Assembly (NCBI GenBank): GCA_951406725.2
Contig: OX597818.1
Location: 99,076,001-99,140,000, forward strand
Length of the DNA: 64,000 nucleotides
Direction: 5' to 3'
Source: Octopus vulgaris
Lineage: Eukaryota
Shown: positions 49,400 to 64,000 of the stretch, piece after piece
Layout: every line of letters begins with the position of its first letter
How positions within the stretch are numbered: the first letter of the stretch is position 1
Made by a program: the position numbers and the translations under genes
The notes under the pieces: generated by a model
What the model saw: only the letters and a program-made list of their open reading frames with translations
What the model was told of the DNA's origin: nothing
The model's database searches: none

Positions 49400-52150
49400 T
49401 CAAAAATAACGACACTATTATCATCACAGCAATCCTGCAGAAACAAATTTAGACAGACTCTACATTTTATACATGAAATTTTGGAATGCATGTGAGTGAT
49501 ATTATTTTGTGATATGAATTTTGTTTCTGCCAGCAGCAATAGTTAAGTATGTTTATACTTCCATATAGAACTTGCTAGTAAAATCAATAACACACCTCCA
49601 ATAAGTCTTGTACCATTATCTGACAAGTCTTTTCCTGGAACTTTGCTGTCATGAAGTTTGTAATCATAGTCTCAAGGATTCATCATTGAAGCTGAGATGT
49701 GTGCTTGTGCAACAATACAGGAAATATACATCTCTTAGATTTTTTCTAATCACCCTGAATCCTGATTGAACTCCTTTTGCTCAATCAGGATTTTTCACTC
49801 GTATGTATCTTTAACTTCCTGAGATGGAGATTCTGTTGAATTTATTGATTGACATTCATATTTCTGTAAACAGTTGATTGGTTTTGATTAAATTACTTTT
49901 CTTTTTTTTCTTTTAGCTACACTTTGCTAATGCTAGGGTTTTTCAGACAGCTTTTAAGTTTTGTTTAAAGATTAATGTGTATTTGAGTATCTTTTCACTG
50001 ATTTTATACATTGCTTCTACTTATTTTTCTCTTCTTGTTGATGGGGAGAGTAGTTATTTGCCTGTTTGCATGTGATAAGCAATACCACAAAACTGATAGT
50101 TTTATGTAGATCAATGATCATTTTTTAACCGTTTTCCAAAGCCGTGAGTGTATTTTTCTTTGTTTAGCCTTTCTTTAATTCTTCAATATTCTTAAGGCCC
50201 TGCTCTGCCAGGTGTTGAGAGAGCATATAAACAAATGTTAATTTGCCAAAATGAAAAAGCATTATACTGCTGTAAATATCCACCTCTGATTTTGTTAATT
50301 GTCATAAAAATTAACTCAAACATTCATATGTAGTCCTTTCAGAAAAATGGAGTTTCAAAAATGAATGTCATTTTTGAAAGATTTCACTAAGTTTATTTTT
50401 CAATTGCTGACACTCCTTGCACTTTTAGCTCATAGCATATTTTTAATCACCACTGCTCTTGTTAAATTTGTTGATGAAATATTGTGTACAATATCCACTT
50501 GGTGTAATTTGCACAGTATTTACACTTTAAGGAATAAAATTGCAATAAAATTACAATTATTTATTGTTCTGCATTCAACAAATGTTACTTGTTGAGTAAT
50601 TGCTTAACCAAAAGTACTTTAGTTCCAGGTGTAATTCATCTCAGTGTGTTTAGATTCTTATCCTGTAGCCAACAGAGATGTCTTATTTTCATAGGAATTA
50701 AGTTATTATTAAATCCAAAATTCCAAGAAAATTACATTTTATAGCTTCAGATTTTCTACAACTACAACTAAATAGATTTTGTTTGCTCTTCTTGATATCT
50801 TCTTTTGAATCTTCTCTGCTAGTTGTCATGACCACTTATGTTGCTGGTAGCAAATCCCTGCATCATGAATTCAAGTTTCAGACAAATATTACTATGATCT
50901 TGCATAAGGTTTTTCAATGATTGTAATCAGAAGAATAATCAGTTATTTAACAATACTGACAGCTGAAAGGGTATTCATTGTATATTCAATGAATAATCTT
51001 CCATGACAAAACAACTACTAACAATTAATGCATAGTTTATAGTATGTGAATGCATACATGTGCATATGCATCTGTTATCACCACTTGTTGGTTCATTTAC
51101 AAACTGCTGTAAAACAAGGGCCATCAGGAAACTATTGTGCTTAATCAATAATGTCCATTGTTCAGTCACCAAGCCAGTCTTCATGGTGGTTATTGAAATT
51201 TCCTACAAATATAAAGATAGTATATCCAGTTCTCTTATTCCTGTTAAAGTGCTTGGTCTAGAAAAATTTAGTAGATCCATATCAGGATTGCAGGGCTTGT
51301 AGATGGTGTTATCAAAGTTTGTAGGAATGAAGAACACTAGAGCCTTTCCTGGGGATATGGGGAATGGTAATATCTTCCATGTAATACATAGCAATGCTAA
51401 TACTTCATATCATATTTCTATGTCTTCAGCAGCACAGAGTTTCATGAATCATGATGAAGTCAGCTCCATTAAGAATAGCTGAACCAAAAAAGTTTCTATG
51501 ACAATTATTATAGAAGGCTCCACTATAAAGCATAGGTTAGCAAGGTCATTTATATTAGACCCAACAATATACACAGTTATTGTGATTTTTAAATCCTTGT
51601 TATATAGCTGATGAGTGTATTAACCTTATTTCCATCTGGAGATCTGTGTTGCATAATAAGCAGATGCTCTCTGAATCAATCTGTCAGTAAACAAAACATC
51701 ACAAAGTTTGCATGTTAGTTAGTAAACTATATTAGACTTTAATCACTTAAACCCGCTACATGCCATTTCAATGCTACTGACCACTCCTACCATTTCTTGC
51801 TGCCTGTAGACTTTGTGTACCTTACAGTCACCCATCTCCTTTCATGAACAATAATTTTCTGTTTGAGGACATTTTTTTTTCTTGCTGAAAATAACAATCA
51901 ATTTGTCTTTTTCTAAAATCTCTTCTCCACCACCTTCACTCATATTCACTCCATCTGGCTTTTCTACTCATTCACATTACACAGTGTCAAACCCACACAC
52001 ATTTGCTAATATCATCTTCACTTGTTCTTGTAGCAAACTATTGGCAGTTTCGCCACTAACTATCTCTATTTTCCTGTGCAAGAAATCACATGCTACCGAC
52101 TTCATGTATCCATTATTATCATGGTTACTGAAATAGCACATGTAAAATTG
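49400..52150 (-). mobile_element. Possible highly decayed L1/Tx1-like LINE
   Basis: T-rich + strand with faint minus-strand remnants (PG, FIPK, RELDIL), roughly in EN-then-RT order. No long ORF. Confidence 0.35.
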
Positions 52151-55100
52151 TTTTTTTTAATTTCGCTCGTCCCTATTTTGATAAACAATCTACATCCAGA
52201 ATAATGTAGATTGTTTTTTCCCCCATGGATTAATAGACACACATGATTCCCTCCTGGTAATGTAGGCTGTCTTTTGCTTGTACATTTTCACAGGCTCTAG
52301 AATGCTAATGAAAATCTCAAATTTCCAATAATATAAGATTAAGAGTTTAAGAAAGCAAGACCATACAGTCATATATTGTTTGAGAAATCATGAAGATCCT
52401 ATTATTAATACAAGGTATGTTTTTAAGAACATAACCATATGAAATGCTACTGAAGTTGTACAAAAACACAACTTCATGTTATGCAAAACACAAAGGCAAT
52501 ACTGTGCTGATTGCTGAACAGTTGATATTTTTAGCATAAAAAAAAGATATGCATGATCTCATAACTAGGGAAATTATCTGAAGAGAAAGAATGTCAAAAA
52601 GCTCCTATGGTTAGAGAAATCAATGGGTATCCAGTATCAGAATCAGCAACTTGAATGAAGTTTCCATGAAGATCTTTATAGAAGATGTTATTAGCCAGGT
52701 CCCATATATTTCTATTAAACTATGTACTTGTGTACTTCCCAACCCTACTATATGTAATGCTGTTTAGGCAATATCACTCAGTGCTTTTTAGAGAGGGATT
52801 AAGTATGCAGAGTTGGAACATACCCTATCTGATAGCATTTCAATTTTCAATTTCTCAAATTCTGAATAGCACATTAAACTAGTAATTTGAAAAACCATCA
52901 ATTACATGAATGGAAATAATCAAAGACTGCTCAATGGCAAAAAATGGTACAGGTAAACATAAAAATACATTTGAGACAAATTAATGTCCAGACTTCATAA
53001 CACTATCTGATGTACCAAAAAGAATTCAAGTGATTGATCCCAGGAGGGTAGACTGCTTTGCAATGAGCTTAAAATATATAAATATTCCATAGTAGCATCA
53101 ATGCTACTCACCAACGTTCAAGCAAACAGTACTAACTGAAGCTAAAATCATAATGATACAGCCATAATTATGATAGTCTTCATTTGACAACTAACAAACA
53201 ACTTACAACATGAAATGAATGCATTGAAAAAATGCGTGTAGATGTTCAGGTATCTATATCTTAATACTAAAATCTAAGGCTTTTTCTTGAACGTGCAATG
53301 AAAATTATGGAAACAATCAAAAGTAGAGCAAAAGATATAGGATTTAATTCATAATTGTAAGATATCAATATAGATGTATTTACAATTTAATCTGACAGCA
53401 CGCATTATATAAATATGATGTATTGCAGATAATTATGTAGATATATATACATGTCTTCAGGATTTAATGTATAATAATAGCAGAATAATTATTAATAAGT
53501 CATAAGTTTCATAACAAATGCTTCTTTGCACTGCTTTATATTTCAGTATGTGTGCACGTGCGCATGTGAGTGTGTGTACAATATGGAGGGTGATAAATGA
53601 ATGAAAAACATATACAAGTATCTAACTGGACAGGCAATTAATGTATAACAAAACATTCTCATGGCTTAATCACTAACTAGCTAAACTGATGCATGTAGAA
53701 TAAAGTTTTTAGTATACTCAAGGCAATATTTTTCTTTTTACTGCTAAATCATGGAAGGAATATTCATGCCTAAGACTTTTGCAAGATCTCAGACTAGTAG
53801 GTTGGGGAGAAACTATATTTGTGAGTTGCTGAAGTAGGATTTTGTGCATAAATATATTGAGTTACCACTTAAAGAGTGAAGACCTGGTCCAACTGCTGCA
53901 ACAGAGTGAACTCTAAAGGCACCCATGCATCAAGATCTAATAAATATCTTTCTGCTCCTCTGTTTCACCTGCAAAATCTTTTTTAATTGATCCTTTAATG
54001 AATAATAAGATTCCATACAGCCAGAACTTAGATGGATTTTTCTATATCTTACTCTATCAATGGATTTATTCAATAATTACAATGTAAAAAGAAGTCTAAC
54101 AAAAATTTTACTTTATTGATGAAAAATTAATTGAAAACACTCATTACCTTAGCTGATCCTCTGATTATTCTGTTTACTTAACTCTAATGGAGTTAGGTAT
54201 GTTAAATAAGTAAATTTCAGTTGAAACTACTTTTCAGAAAACTATACTTTATCTTGATAGTGTATAACTATCATGCTTTGTCAAATATTTTGCTAACAAT
54301 GGTTTGTTGATTTTCAGAATAATCACTATGTTGTAATAATCATTAGTATTTATTAATCTATTTTATCATTTGCATCAAGTGGAAAAATGTGCTACCCAAA
54401 TAGTAATTTATAGTTGTCATTAGTATAACATTTTAGTAGTAGGTAAAATGAAAAATATATTGGTAGTATAACAATTACTCTTAATGTTAGTATATCAAAG
54501 TACTCAGTGGATAGTTTCAGTCAATGTTTTTAAAGAAGTTATATTTTGGCTGTTGTCTGTTCTAGTAAATATAGTGTCAAAGACGTCAGAAGCATCCTGG
54601 TTTGGTGTATGGCAGTACTTGTCATAACATAGAGCATGAAGTATCTAAACAGAAGTATGTACTGGCAATATATATATTAATATATATTATATAAAAACAA
54701 GTATTTGTTATTAATATTAGAATCTATTATGTAAATAACAACAGATTATGACTGTCAGAGAAATCTTGTAATTTGAGGTTTTGAATATAAGTGCATTATA
54801 ATAGACAATACAATTTTATATGAATACTTCATAAAATACTCCCTTTGTTTCTCACTCTCTATTTTACATATTACAGTTGTTAAATCTAACAACAGATTTT
54901 GGTATTTCTTACCTCCACTCCATTTTCACTGTCCTAATGCAAATGCAATGGGTTGGGTCTTAATGATATTAATTACAGGCTTATTTAGAAACAAAATGTG
55001 TGTGTGTGTGTGTGTGTGTGTATACATATATATATATATATATATATATCAGGTTATTGACATTAGGATTATATATTGTATTAGTATTAATATAACAAAT

Positions 55101-55328
55101 GTTTTGTTTGTTTTAGCCTATAAAGAAAAGTCTTTGTATGTATGAGTGTGATTTTGCAAATGAGCAGGTTCCAGGGTCTTGTGTCCATGAGTCTCAGTAT
55201 AGTTATTATTAAATGTTTGTTTAATAATAAAATTCTAAATTTTTTTCTTCGGGGTGTCAAAACAGCAATGTCCAAATTAGTAGTTAAACAGAAGCATTTT
55301 CCTTCTTGAGGAAGAAAGTATGATTATA

Positions 55329-55372
<44 letters not shown>

Positions 55373-58300
55373 TCCCTTTACATATATGATGCAAATGAAG
55401 CACAAAAGGTGTGCAATAGAGCAGAAAAATTCATGTCTTTAGGACGACATTGATTAGTAATGGAATTGAGAAAAAGGTTAAGTTTAAATAGAAAAACAAC
55501 AATAAAATGCAGAAGTGGGAGGTAAAACATTGACAACCTTGTGTAAAGTTATGCAATGTTTGAATCAACTACATATCAAAAGTATACACTCAGAGAAACT
55601 GAAATGACCACAAGAATAGGTGCATGCTGGGTAGCATTTCTTACTGTACATTCCTTGTTTTGATTTGTGGACATGTCAATGTGAGAAAAAAAATTCTGAT
55701 AACAAGCCTGGGGAAAGTGTTTTGGGGATATTAATTACTTCAGTTAAGATTGCAATAGTAAATTATTTCCTAGGTGATATATTTCAAAGAATGCAAAATC
55801 AAACTACTTCACTTGAACGATCATCAATAAAGTTATAGAAATGAATAATCTATCAAAAACAGTAGCGAAAACAGTACCACTTAAATGGCTATAAATTTTA
55901 TCCATCTTGAGAGAAATGAATCTGACTACTTAAATTATCTGAAACAACAAGTCTAAGAAATCCTCAGATAGATGTGCCTTTCTTACATTATAATAAAGAT
56001 AATCAAATTGGAAAAATTAAATCACTTAAATCATTGCACAAGCAATTTATGCAGTAAAATTGTACACCTAAAATTAATTTTAATTAACTTCATACTAGAA
56101 TGCTTAATCAATGACCTAAAGTTCTCTGCTACTGAATCCTGCATAAGTCATGAGCAGTTGGAATTAAGCATATAACAATTTATTTCTTCTTTCCAATGTG
56201 TTTGTATTCACTTCATTAAGCTAATAAGTTTTGAAAATTTATATTTCTATAAACTGATGATGCAGTTATCTTGTGGTTATATATTTTCTCAAAGCTGTAT
56301 GGGAGGTAAAGAATGTACACTGACCCAAAACTAATTCTAATTCATAATACCCTATGATATAACAATTCTTTTGGATGGGTCTGAATATTATTACATAAAC
56401 TTCAGCTTTCCTATGAACCTAGCAATTAATAGTAATGAATCTGAGCCAAAGTATCTGTTGTTTATCAGATAGAGATGGCAATGAGTAAAATTATTGACAC
56501 CCAACTACCATTTAGTTCATAACAAAGACATATTTTTCTAGTATAAATAACATTTTTGACAGTCTGGTGTTTATACATTCACTGCACTGTTTTTTGTAGT
56601 TTCACCTTAAGATAATTGACTGCAAACTAGGTAAAGCATAGAGTCTATCAGAACTTGAATCAGGCACACAAAAACACCAAGCTTGGTCTGCTACCTTTCA
56701 GTAAGATTTTCTGATTAAAAAACAGCAAAACTATTCTAATTCTATTCTGTAATGACTTTCAGTCTTAATAAGAATCTTTTATAACATCTACTGAAATCCA
56801 AATAATTAATATATAATCTTTAGTTCTTGAATTCTCCAAAAATTATAATACTGATGTTGATTATAAAGTTAAAAACCTAATCAATGAATGTGAAATAAAA
56901 AGTTAAAGCAAATTTCAATTAACTTCAATGCAGTAACATTGAATATCATATAATATGTCATGTTTCATATATATATTCATTTAGCTTTGCGTTGCTGTTG
57001 AAACAAAGGCAAGCAAACACTAAAGAAAAAAGCAACTAAAATCAATGCAAAGATTCAACATGAAGTTGGATCTATGTTCAGTCATCTGGGTATATAACGT
57101 AAATTGTGATTTAGAAGTATGATAATTTAATGTTTTCATATTACGTCTGTATTTGGTATCCACAGACAGAAAATTAAACATTCACAAATTCCATCCACCC
57201 CATAAATGAGTACAAAGGAAGAAATATGTAGCTCACTGAGGTAAGAAGTGTGAGCATTACATTATCTGGAAAGAATTTTGTTAAAATAACTATTGTGTGG
57301 CAACATTAACTGTTGAACATCTCATAGTTCCTATTACCATTTCTACATCAAATGAGGCTGCATCTCTAATATTCAAAACACAGAGTTAAGTTAGCCTTAA
57401 ATATATAATAGGAGAGGCTACTACATTTTATGTACATCAGATTATGTATAAATTTTATATTTACTGAAAAGCATTAAATAGAAAAGTGCATCATATTTTC
57501 ATCAAGAAAATATATATAGAAAAAAAAGAAAACAATAAAAAATAAATAAAAGGGAAGGAAAAATTCTTAAAAGCTAACGAGAGGGACTTGATTGTTGACA
57601 TTTTCTCTATAGTCAACTTGGAAATATAGCAAAGATTTTGTGTTATCAGGAATTTTAGACATTACAGTCCACATGTGATGTGGTTCCAAATTCTTTGAGG
57701 GTATGCTTCTCATAATATGAAGTGTGTCCACTAGAATTTACATTTTGTTGTTATTTTTTATAAGATTAAAGTTGTTTCAACGGGAGCCAAAGAGAAAACA
57801 GTAATTATTCAAAGAAGCTGAAACGTTTCCCTGGTCAGCCATTTCTAAAGTGGCAAAACTGTAAAAGAGCTTGTTGTCTTGGAATCTCATTTCAATGTAC
57901 ATTTATATATATTCATTCAGATATACATTGCATTGTTTAGTTTAAGGATTTATTTGATATTTCTTTATATATTTTTTCCTATGAATATAACCCAAAGGTT
58001 TCAACATGGTTGGAAAAAGAATGAGCTTGAAATGAGGTTCTCTCACAATTATTAGTTTAACCATACTAACTCATTAAACCAAGTAACCCACTCTGATCAA
58101 TATTAAATTACCAATCCCTAGGGAGTTTACTGTTAATTCAACTATATGCTTATTTAATATCTCTCAAGAAAACTTTGTTTCAATAACATTAATTTAAATT
58201 AGGAAATACTATATTTACCTAAAACTTAGCTTTTTGTTACTTTCCTTCAATGTCTTGGTAGTGAGACACAACTGAGATGTGATTATTGGATAGTATGTAA

Positions 58301-58723
58301 ATATCGAATCTTTCATTTTCCCATTATTTTTCACTTTTGAGGAAGAGTCAGGAATGGTCAATCTTATATAAATCTAATTATTTTCCCTACATACTTATTT
58401 TAGACTCAATATTATTGGAAAGCTAAAAGAATAAGATCTCATAAGCATTAAATTTAAAACTGTCTAGTAAACCTATCCCATAAATGAAAGTGTTTGTGGT
58501 TGTATGAAGAATTTATATGCTAAATATTATTATTCAACCAATTAAATTTGTGGTGCTGCCAAAAAAATTTTAACATTAAGGCTTCTGCAGTTGCTATATT
58601 AATAAAACTGCAAAACACTTTTCAATGACCAGTGGCACCTCACTTTCAAGCAATCAATTTGGCACATTTCTGACATTTATAGCACACACACATAAATATC
58701 ATATATAATACACACACACACTT

Positions 58724-58764
<41 letters not shown>

Positions 58765-60999
58765 GTGTTAAATGTATTCTAATATGCACCACAATGCAGA
58801 AGGTAAGTTTTGAAAAGTTCACAAATCAGTTTTGAGTCTGAAACTGAGATTATATTTTAATTACATTGCTCATGCCATAATAAAAGCATGAACAATACAA
58901 TTCCTTTTTCCACCAATGCAGTTAACTGTGTCTAACTCTTTAATCCCATAAGCAATAAGATTACTTAATGAACCCAACTAAAAATACATTGCCAAATTCA
59001 TAGCAAGCTATCTCTTAGAAAAATATGAATTTTAAAAAGAAATGCGATGTACTATTATCATATAGAGAGTATCATAAACTTGTTCAGTTAAAGAAAATAT
59101 TAATGGAATTATTTCTTCAAAATAACTATATGACTTCTATGTAAATGGTTATGTTAAGCACAACATAAAAGTGAACACAAACACCTGCATGAGGTTGAAC
59201 AACATACTTGTAATATACCACAGGTTTTGGTATTTGACAGCTATATGGCTTTACTCCCATAAGTTATGTTGTGCTTTTAGATATATAATTTGTAGCTATC
59301 AGTTGGCACACACACATATATTGTGCATGTGTGTACATACAAGTAAAGATATGCATATGTGTGTTAATTTATTTTTCTTCCACAAAAACTATAACTAGTT
59401 TTAAATATACCTAAACATTATCATTCCATAGCTACTGAAGAATTTAAGTAGCATACAAGTTCTAGGAAGAAGTTGTTCAATGAAGAAGTTATTTCACTAT
59501 AACTCTAAATTCTTAATCATTTTAAAAATTAACACACAATGTATTTCAACAAAAATATGATTGTGAAAAAGTTATTGCATTGATATTAGAAAGGAATGCA
59601 ATAATATTTGAATTATAAATGCATGATACAGAAGAATTTAAACCATCATCCATCTTTTTTTCACTTTATCCTATGAAACAAATAACTCTAACAGTCAATG
59701 ATATCAAACTGTACATCTGTCTTATTTTTCTATCATAGGATTGGTTAAACAAAACTGGACGCAACCAATATGCTATTTCTCACCTGCTTTGCTTAATTTC
59801 AGTTGGATAAGTTAGGTTATGGCTTTCGAAATTTCAAAGCTTATATAAAGTGAGGATATATATTTTGCTGAGAAACTGGTGCAAATATATATAACATTAA
59901 CCAATTTTCATAATCCAGGATAGTCTATTTAATAGAGAAGACTGAATTTATAATCCTTTGGAAGAGGACAGGACTAATTCCATTTCAGATATTTAAAAAT
60001 AACCACCACATGTAACAATGAAGGTATACTGACAAAATAATGTTGATACAAATACACTAGCTGTATCTTATGCAATATCAAAACAATCAGTCGAAATTGC
60101 ATTCGTAAAGATAATTGATTCTGCTGGTGAATTTCTAATTCCACATAACTGTACACAACACAACCCATTGAGTTCTATATTAATCTTTGAATCAAGTTCA
60201 TCTATAATATGTGTGTTTGTGTTTACATTAATGTGATGTGCATAAGTACACATTATATTTATCTCTTTAATTCCTTTAATATAGTAATAGTGCATGAATG
60301 AGTAAATGTAACTGAAATCATGTAAACATGTAAGTCAATAACTAATTATGCATCAATCATTAGTTTGACCTTAGTTCAAAGTAACTAGCTTATAGAAATT
60401 AAAGAATTAATAAACTTTATGAAAAAAATTACATCTCTAAAAAGTATATCCCCTTTAAAATTACAGTAAGTATTTTGAATCTAATTTTACTACATTTTTG
60501 TAGGCAATAAACTTCTATCCATGTTACACAGAGTGTCTTACAGAATTAAAGAATTAAATTTACAATACTTAGTCTATTAAAATTTCAATTCTTTCATTTC
60601 TATCATTCACCTTAATATATTTAAACAGTTTTTAAAAACTATGTAAAATGCTTTTTAAGCACTATGTCATAAAAGAATAATCTTCCAAACCAACACAAAT
60701 TAAAGTTTAAAAACATCAAAATAATATTTAATGTGTTTTAGGAATAGAAAAATATAACTTTTGTAATTTACCCCTTCAAAGAAGAAGAAAAAAACCCCAG
60801 TTTTTTTAAAGACTATATTAATTAATTATGATAGGATTTATACAAAGATCTTTAGTGAGAGTTTGAAATGTGTGATAACAAGTCCTTTTACAGTAAAATT
60901 TCAACCAATTTAGAACATTAAAGGAGTGTTTCAGCCTTTTTAATACCACTTAGTTTTGTCTTTCTCATTCCGTTAAATGAAGGTAAACCTCACTGTAAT

Positions 61000-61320
61000 A
61001 AATATGTATAGATATATACATATACATGCTATGTACATGCACAGAGATATATATATATATATACATATATACAAAAATATATATATATGTATATATGCAT
61101 ACATACATATATATATGTATATATATATACATATACACACACACACATACATACATATACAGTTGGGTGTATATATATATATATGTATATATACATATAT
61201 CTATATATATATGTATATATGTATATGTACATATATCTATATATATATGTATTCATAAGTAAACACATACATAATTACATATGTGTATGCATATGACTTT
61301 ATATATGTGTGTGTATGTGC
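61000..61320. repeat. Compound (TA)/(CA) low-complexity tract just downstream of the Ig4 donor site
   Basis: Direct reading. Confidence 0.9.
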
Positions 61321-61392
61321 TTTAGCAAAGTTTTTGTTGGGCTGTGTTATTGCTAATATGAAGGGTGAGGCTACTCGCCAGTAAATACCCAC

Positions 61393-61674
61393 CTCTGACA
61401 ATAACCTGAACAAGCAGCGAAGAAGGCCCTCGGCCTAAAGAGCTACTTGCTTGACAGCTGTAGCTGCCAGCATCCGAGTTCTGTACGCGGGAAACGACCA
61501 CAGTCCCATTGGCCAGCAGTTGGAGTCTGTCGGAGTTAAACTGCAGTGTGCGACCATTTTTGGTCCACTGTGTTTTGATGATGGGAGGGTTGGCGTCGAC
61601 GTTGCAGACCAAGGACTGCTGATGTCCGAGAGCCCAGTAGATGCGGTGGAGCATTTTCAGCATCTTAGGCAGAT
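61393..61674 (-). CDS. tutl: Coding exon, Ig domain (Ig4-like) of a turtle/IGSF9-family cell adhesion protein
   Basis: Minus strand: acceptor ttcctcccccag|AT, then xLPKMLKMLHRIYWALGHQQSLVCNVDANPPIIKTQWTKNGRTLQFNSDRLQLLANGTVVVSRVQNSDAGSYSCQASSSLGRGPSSLLVQVIVR+G, donor G|gtgggt. It has the Ig signature C...W...DxGxYxC. C-x-V-x-ANPP...WTKxG and SLGxxxxS..V match my recollection of turtle/IGSF9 Ig4. 282 bp, phase 1/1. Confidence 0.85.
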
Positions 61675-62773
61675 CTGGGGGAGGAACATAATATGATTAG
61701 CATTATCTGTCTGATTGTGTAATGATTGCAACCGATATAGTATCAGAGATAATTTGAGATATTATCATTTAAAATTATTTCTTTTTACCTATTTTATTTT
61801 GTTTTCTCTTAAGGTTTGGGAAACTATTTTTTACTTATTATCTTATAATTTGAGGAAAGAAGGGGCATCAAAAACTCTTCTTAGAAAAGTAATATTATTA
61901 CAAATTTCTAATATAGGGGGGAAAAAATAATAATGCTTAAGACAATTTCAAAAATATTTCTATTAAAACATTATTGTTAGAGACAAAGTGTAACAAACAG
62001 AATTATAACAGTTTAATAATTTCTAGCAGATAATTGAAATACTTCAGAAATTTTGCTACATTAGAGTTAACATGAATACACTAGAATTTAGTATTTTATA
62101 TGTTTTCATATATATAGATATCTAAACAAAAATATATCTACATATATAAAATACACATATGCATATATAAACATATACATACACAGACATATATGTGTGC
62201 GTGTGTATGCACATGTATGTGTGCATATATATATATACATGTGTGCTTGTATACATACATATATATATATGCATTCTTGTAAATTATAGTTTATATTTAG
62301 TTAAATTATACATTTAAAACAGGCAATGAAATATAATACTTTTAGATAGGGCTTTTATTATAAATATATTTATTTCTTTAATCTGAAACTAAGGTTTTTG
62401 TTATGTCAATTTAGATTTAGAATCAAATAAAAAAAAAAAGACTAAGTTGAGGAATTTTAAAATTTAGTTAATTATTTGTTAATTTCTTATATTTTTTCAT
62501 CTAAGAATGCGTTTTAATATTTTAATAAATGAAAATATTTTGTATTATACTAGTGATTATAATTCAGAATAATAATAGATAATCCATAATAACAAAAATA
62601 TTTACTTATGGACTAGGATAGATGTATTATACAGCACTGTGATAGTGTAGCGAACACTGAACATTCAAAAAAAATTCACACAATTGTTTTGCCAAAACAT
62701 AAAAAAAATAACAAAAATGAAACAACAAAAGAATAGTAAAAGAAAAAGAAGTTTATCAGATACCTGTTTATAA

Positions 62774-62774
<1 letters not shown>

Positions 62775-62832
<58 letters not shown>

Positions 62833-62843
62833 CAACAACAACA
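62775..62843. repeat. (TAA)n(CAA)n microsatellite
   Basis: Direct reading; source of the poly-Leu and poly-Tyr ORFs. Confidence 0.95.
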
Positions 62844-63043
62844 CCATTTTTTGGTGTTTTTACTTTTTAATTTAAAAATAATCAAAATACAGTTTAACAA
62901 AATAAAAAAAAATCATATAAGAAATATTTTGGAAAATGATAATGTTTAACAAAATGGAAGATAACAATAATAAAAATAAAAATTGGGGGAAAACAAACAA
63001 GACAAAACAGTGAGATGAGAGCAAGGAGGTTAAAACATGAATG

Positions 63044-63083
63044 GATATATATATACATATACATATATATACATATATCTATA

Positions 63084-63124
<41 letters not shown>

Positions 63125-63190
63125 ACATACACACACACACATATATACATACATACATAGACACATGTACACATATACACACATATATTA

Positions 63191-63257
<67 letters not shown>

Positions 63258-63300
63258 TACCCGCACACACACACACACACATACATACACACACACGCAT
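63044..63300. repeat. Compound (TA)/(CA) low-complexity tract
   Basis: Direct reading. Confidence 0.9.
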
Positions 63301-63424
63301 GCAACACCAATACGTTTTACTGGAAGTTAAAACTTCATAAATTGCTACTCAGATATTCTCATTTCTCATCTTCACATGATTTCTAATATTCAAATAATTG
63401 AAAGGAAAGATATTTGAAATAAAT

Positions 63425-63461
<37 letters not shown>

Positions 63462-64000
63462 TAAGTGTAATATTTAAATACTGAGACACATCATGAGAGA
63501 CAGCTGAAAACTAAAAGTTCTAACATGTTGCTCATATAATCACTGTATACAAAATAATAGGATGGGGAAGAGGATTAGTAATTTGCTATTAGAGAAACCC
63601 TTAAAAATTTTCTCTGAACTGTTAGATCTTTTAGTATTATCCTTTTGACACCACTCTTATATTAATAATAATAAATATTTCATTTTTATATTAATATTTA
63701 CTTATTCCCTTTGCACTGTTTGGATATCTTGCACATAAACATTTTCAAATATATAAGCAAATTTTTAACAACTATTTTTTCTCCTTCTCTCTTTCCTTCT
63801 AGCCCCTAAGGTAAACCTGCCCCATCCCTCTATTTATCTTGTATACAACAAAAACTTTAATTCTATCTTTAATAATTGCATGGAGATTGAAAATGGGAAA
63901 CTTAAACTAAAGTGTTGTGAAGTTTCAGCTTCCAGTAAAATACAATGATTACAGCTAATTCACTGCCATCAATTCACTGTAGGGCAAGTTCACCACCATC

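Noticed and set aside
5230-59440. Other CTGANGA matches (e.g. ~5236, 5698, 14488, 16361, 41172, 51608, 52578, 56254)
   Set aside because: They lack a properly placed GAAA and the three stems needed for a hammerhead.
60965-61296. Many overlapping YIYIYI/CVCV ORFs (also ~23717-24133, 38063-38537, 62665-63330)
   Set aside because: They are translations of stop-free microsatellites.
16979-61392. Dscam-like array of mutually exclusive Ig exons in the giant intron
   Set aside because: No additional Ig-signature exon was seen in the ORF track or by eye. Short or divergent exons cannot be fully excluded without a translated search.

Overview
AT-rich, microsatellite- and transposon-laden eukaryotic DNA. 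The SINE families and the (TA)n/(ATT)n load look like Octopus/cephalopod; this is an inference. The window appears to lie inside one minus-strand gene, a turtle/IGSF9-family Ig-superfamily adhesion gene. Three frame-compatible exons can be read: Ig4 at 61674-61393, Ig5a at 16978-16863 and Ig5b at 9823-9670 (missed by the ORF track), separated by ~44.4 kb and ~7.0 kb introns. The introns hold decayed CR1/L2-like, RTE, R4/Dong, L1-like, Copia-like, mariner and Penelope-like (PLE) elements, a Helitron inserted exactly into an R4/Dong RT codon, and many tRNA-derived SINEs. The most striking region is 1-3013. It starts with a spacer-less ~2 kb palindrome of a young 5'-truncated PLE (RT end + GIY-YIG), followed by a variant hammerhead-like motif. 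Across a (TA)n tract, tail-to-tail, lies a ~490-nt non-coding unit with a canonical-core minimal hammerhead ribozyme, a partial tandem repeat and a fold-back end (retrozyme / non-autonomous PLE-like). Several smaller fold-back elements also abut TA/CA microsatellites. All calls were made by eye, and boundaries of decayed repeats are approximate.
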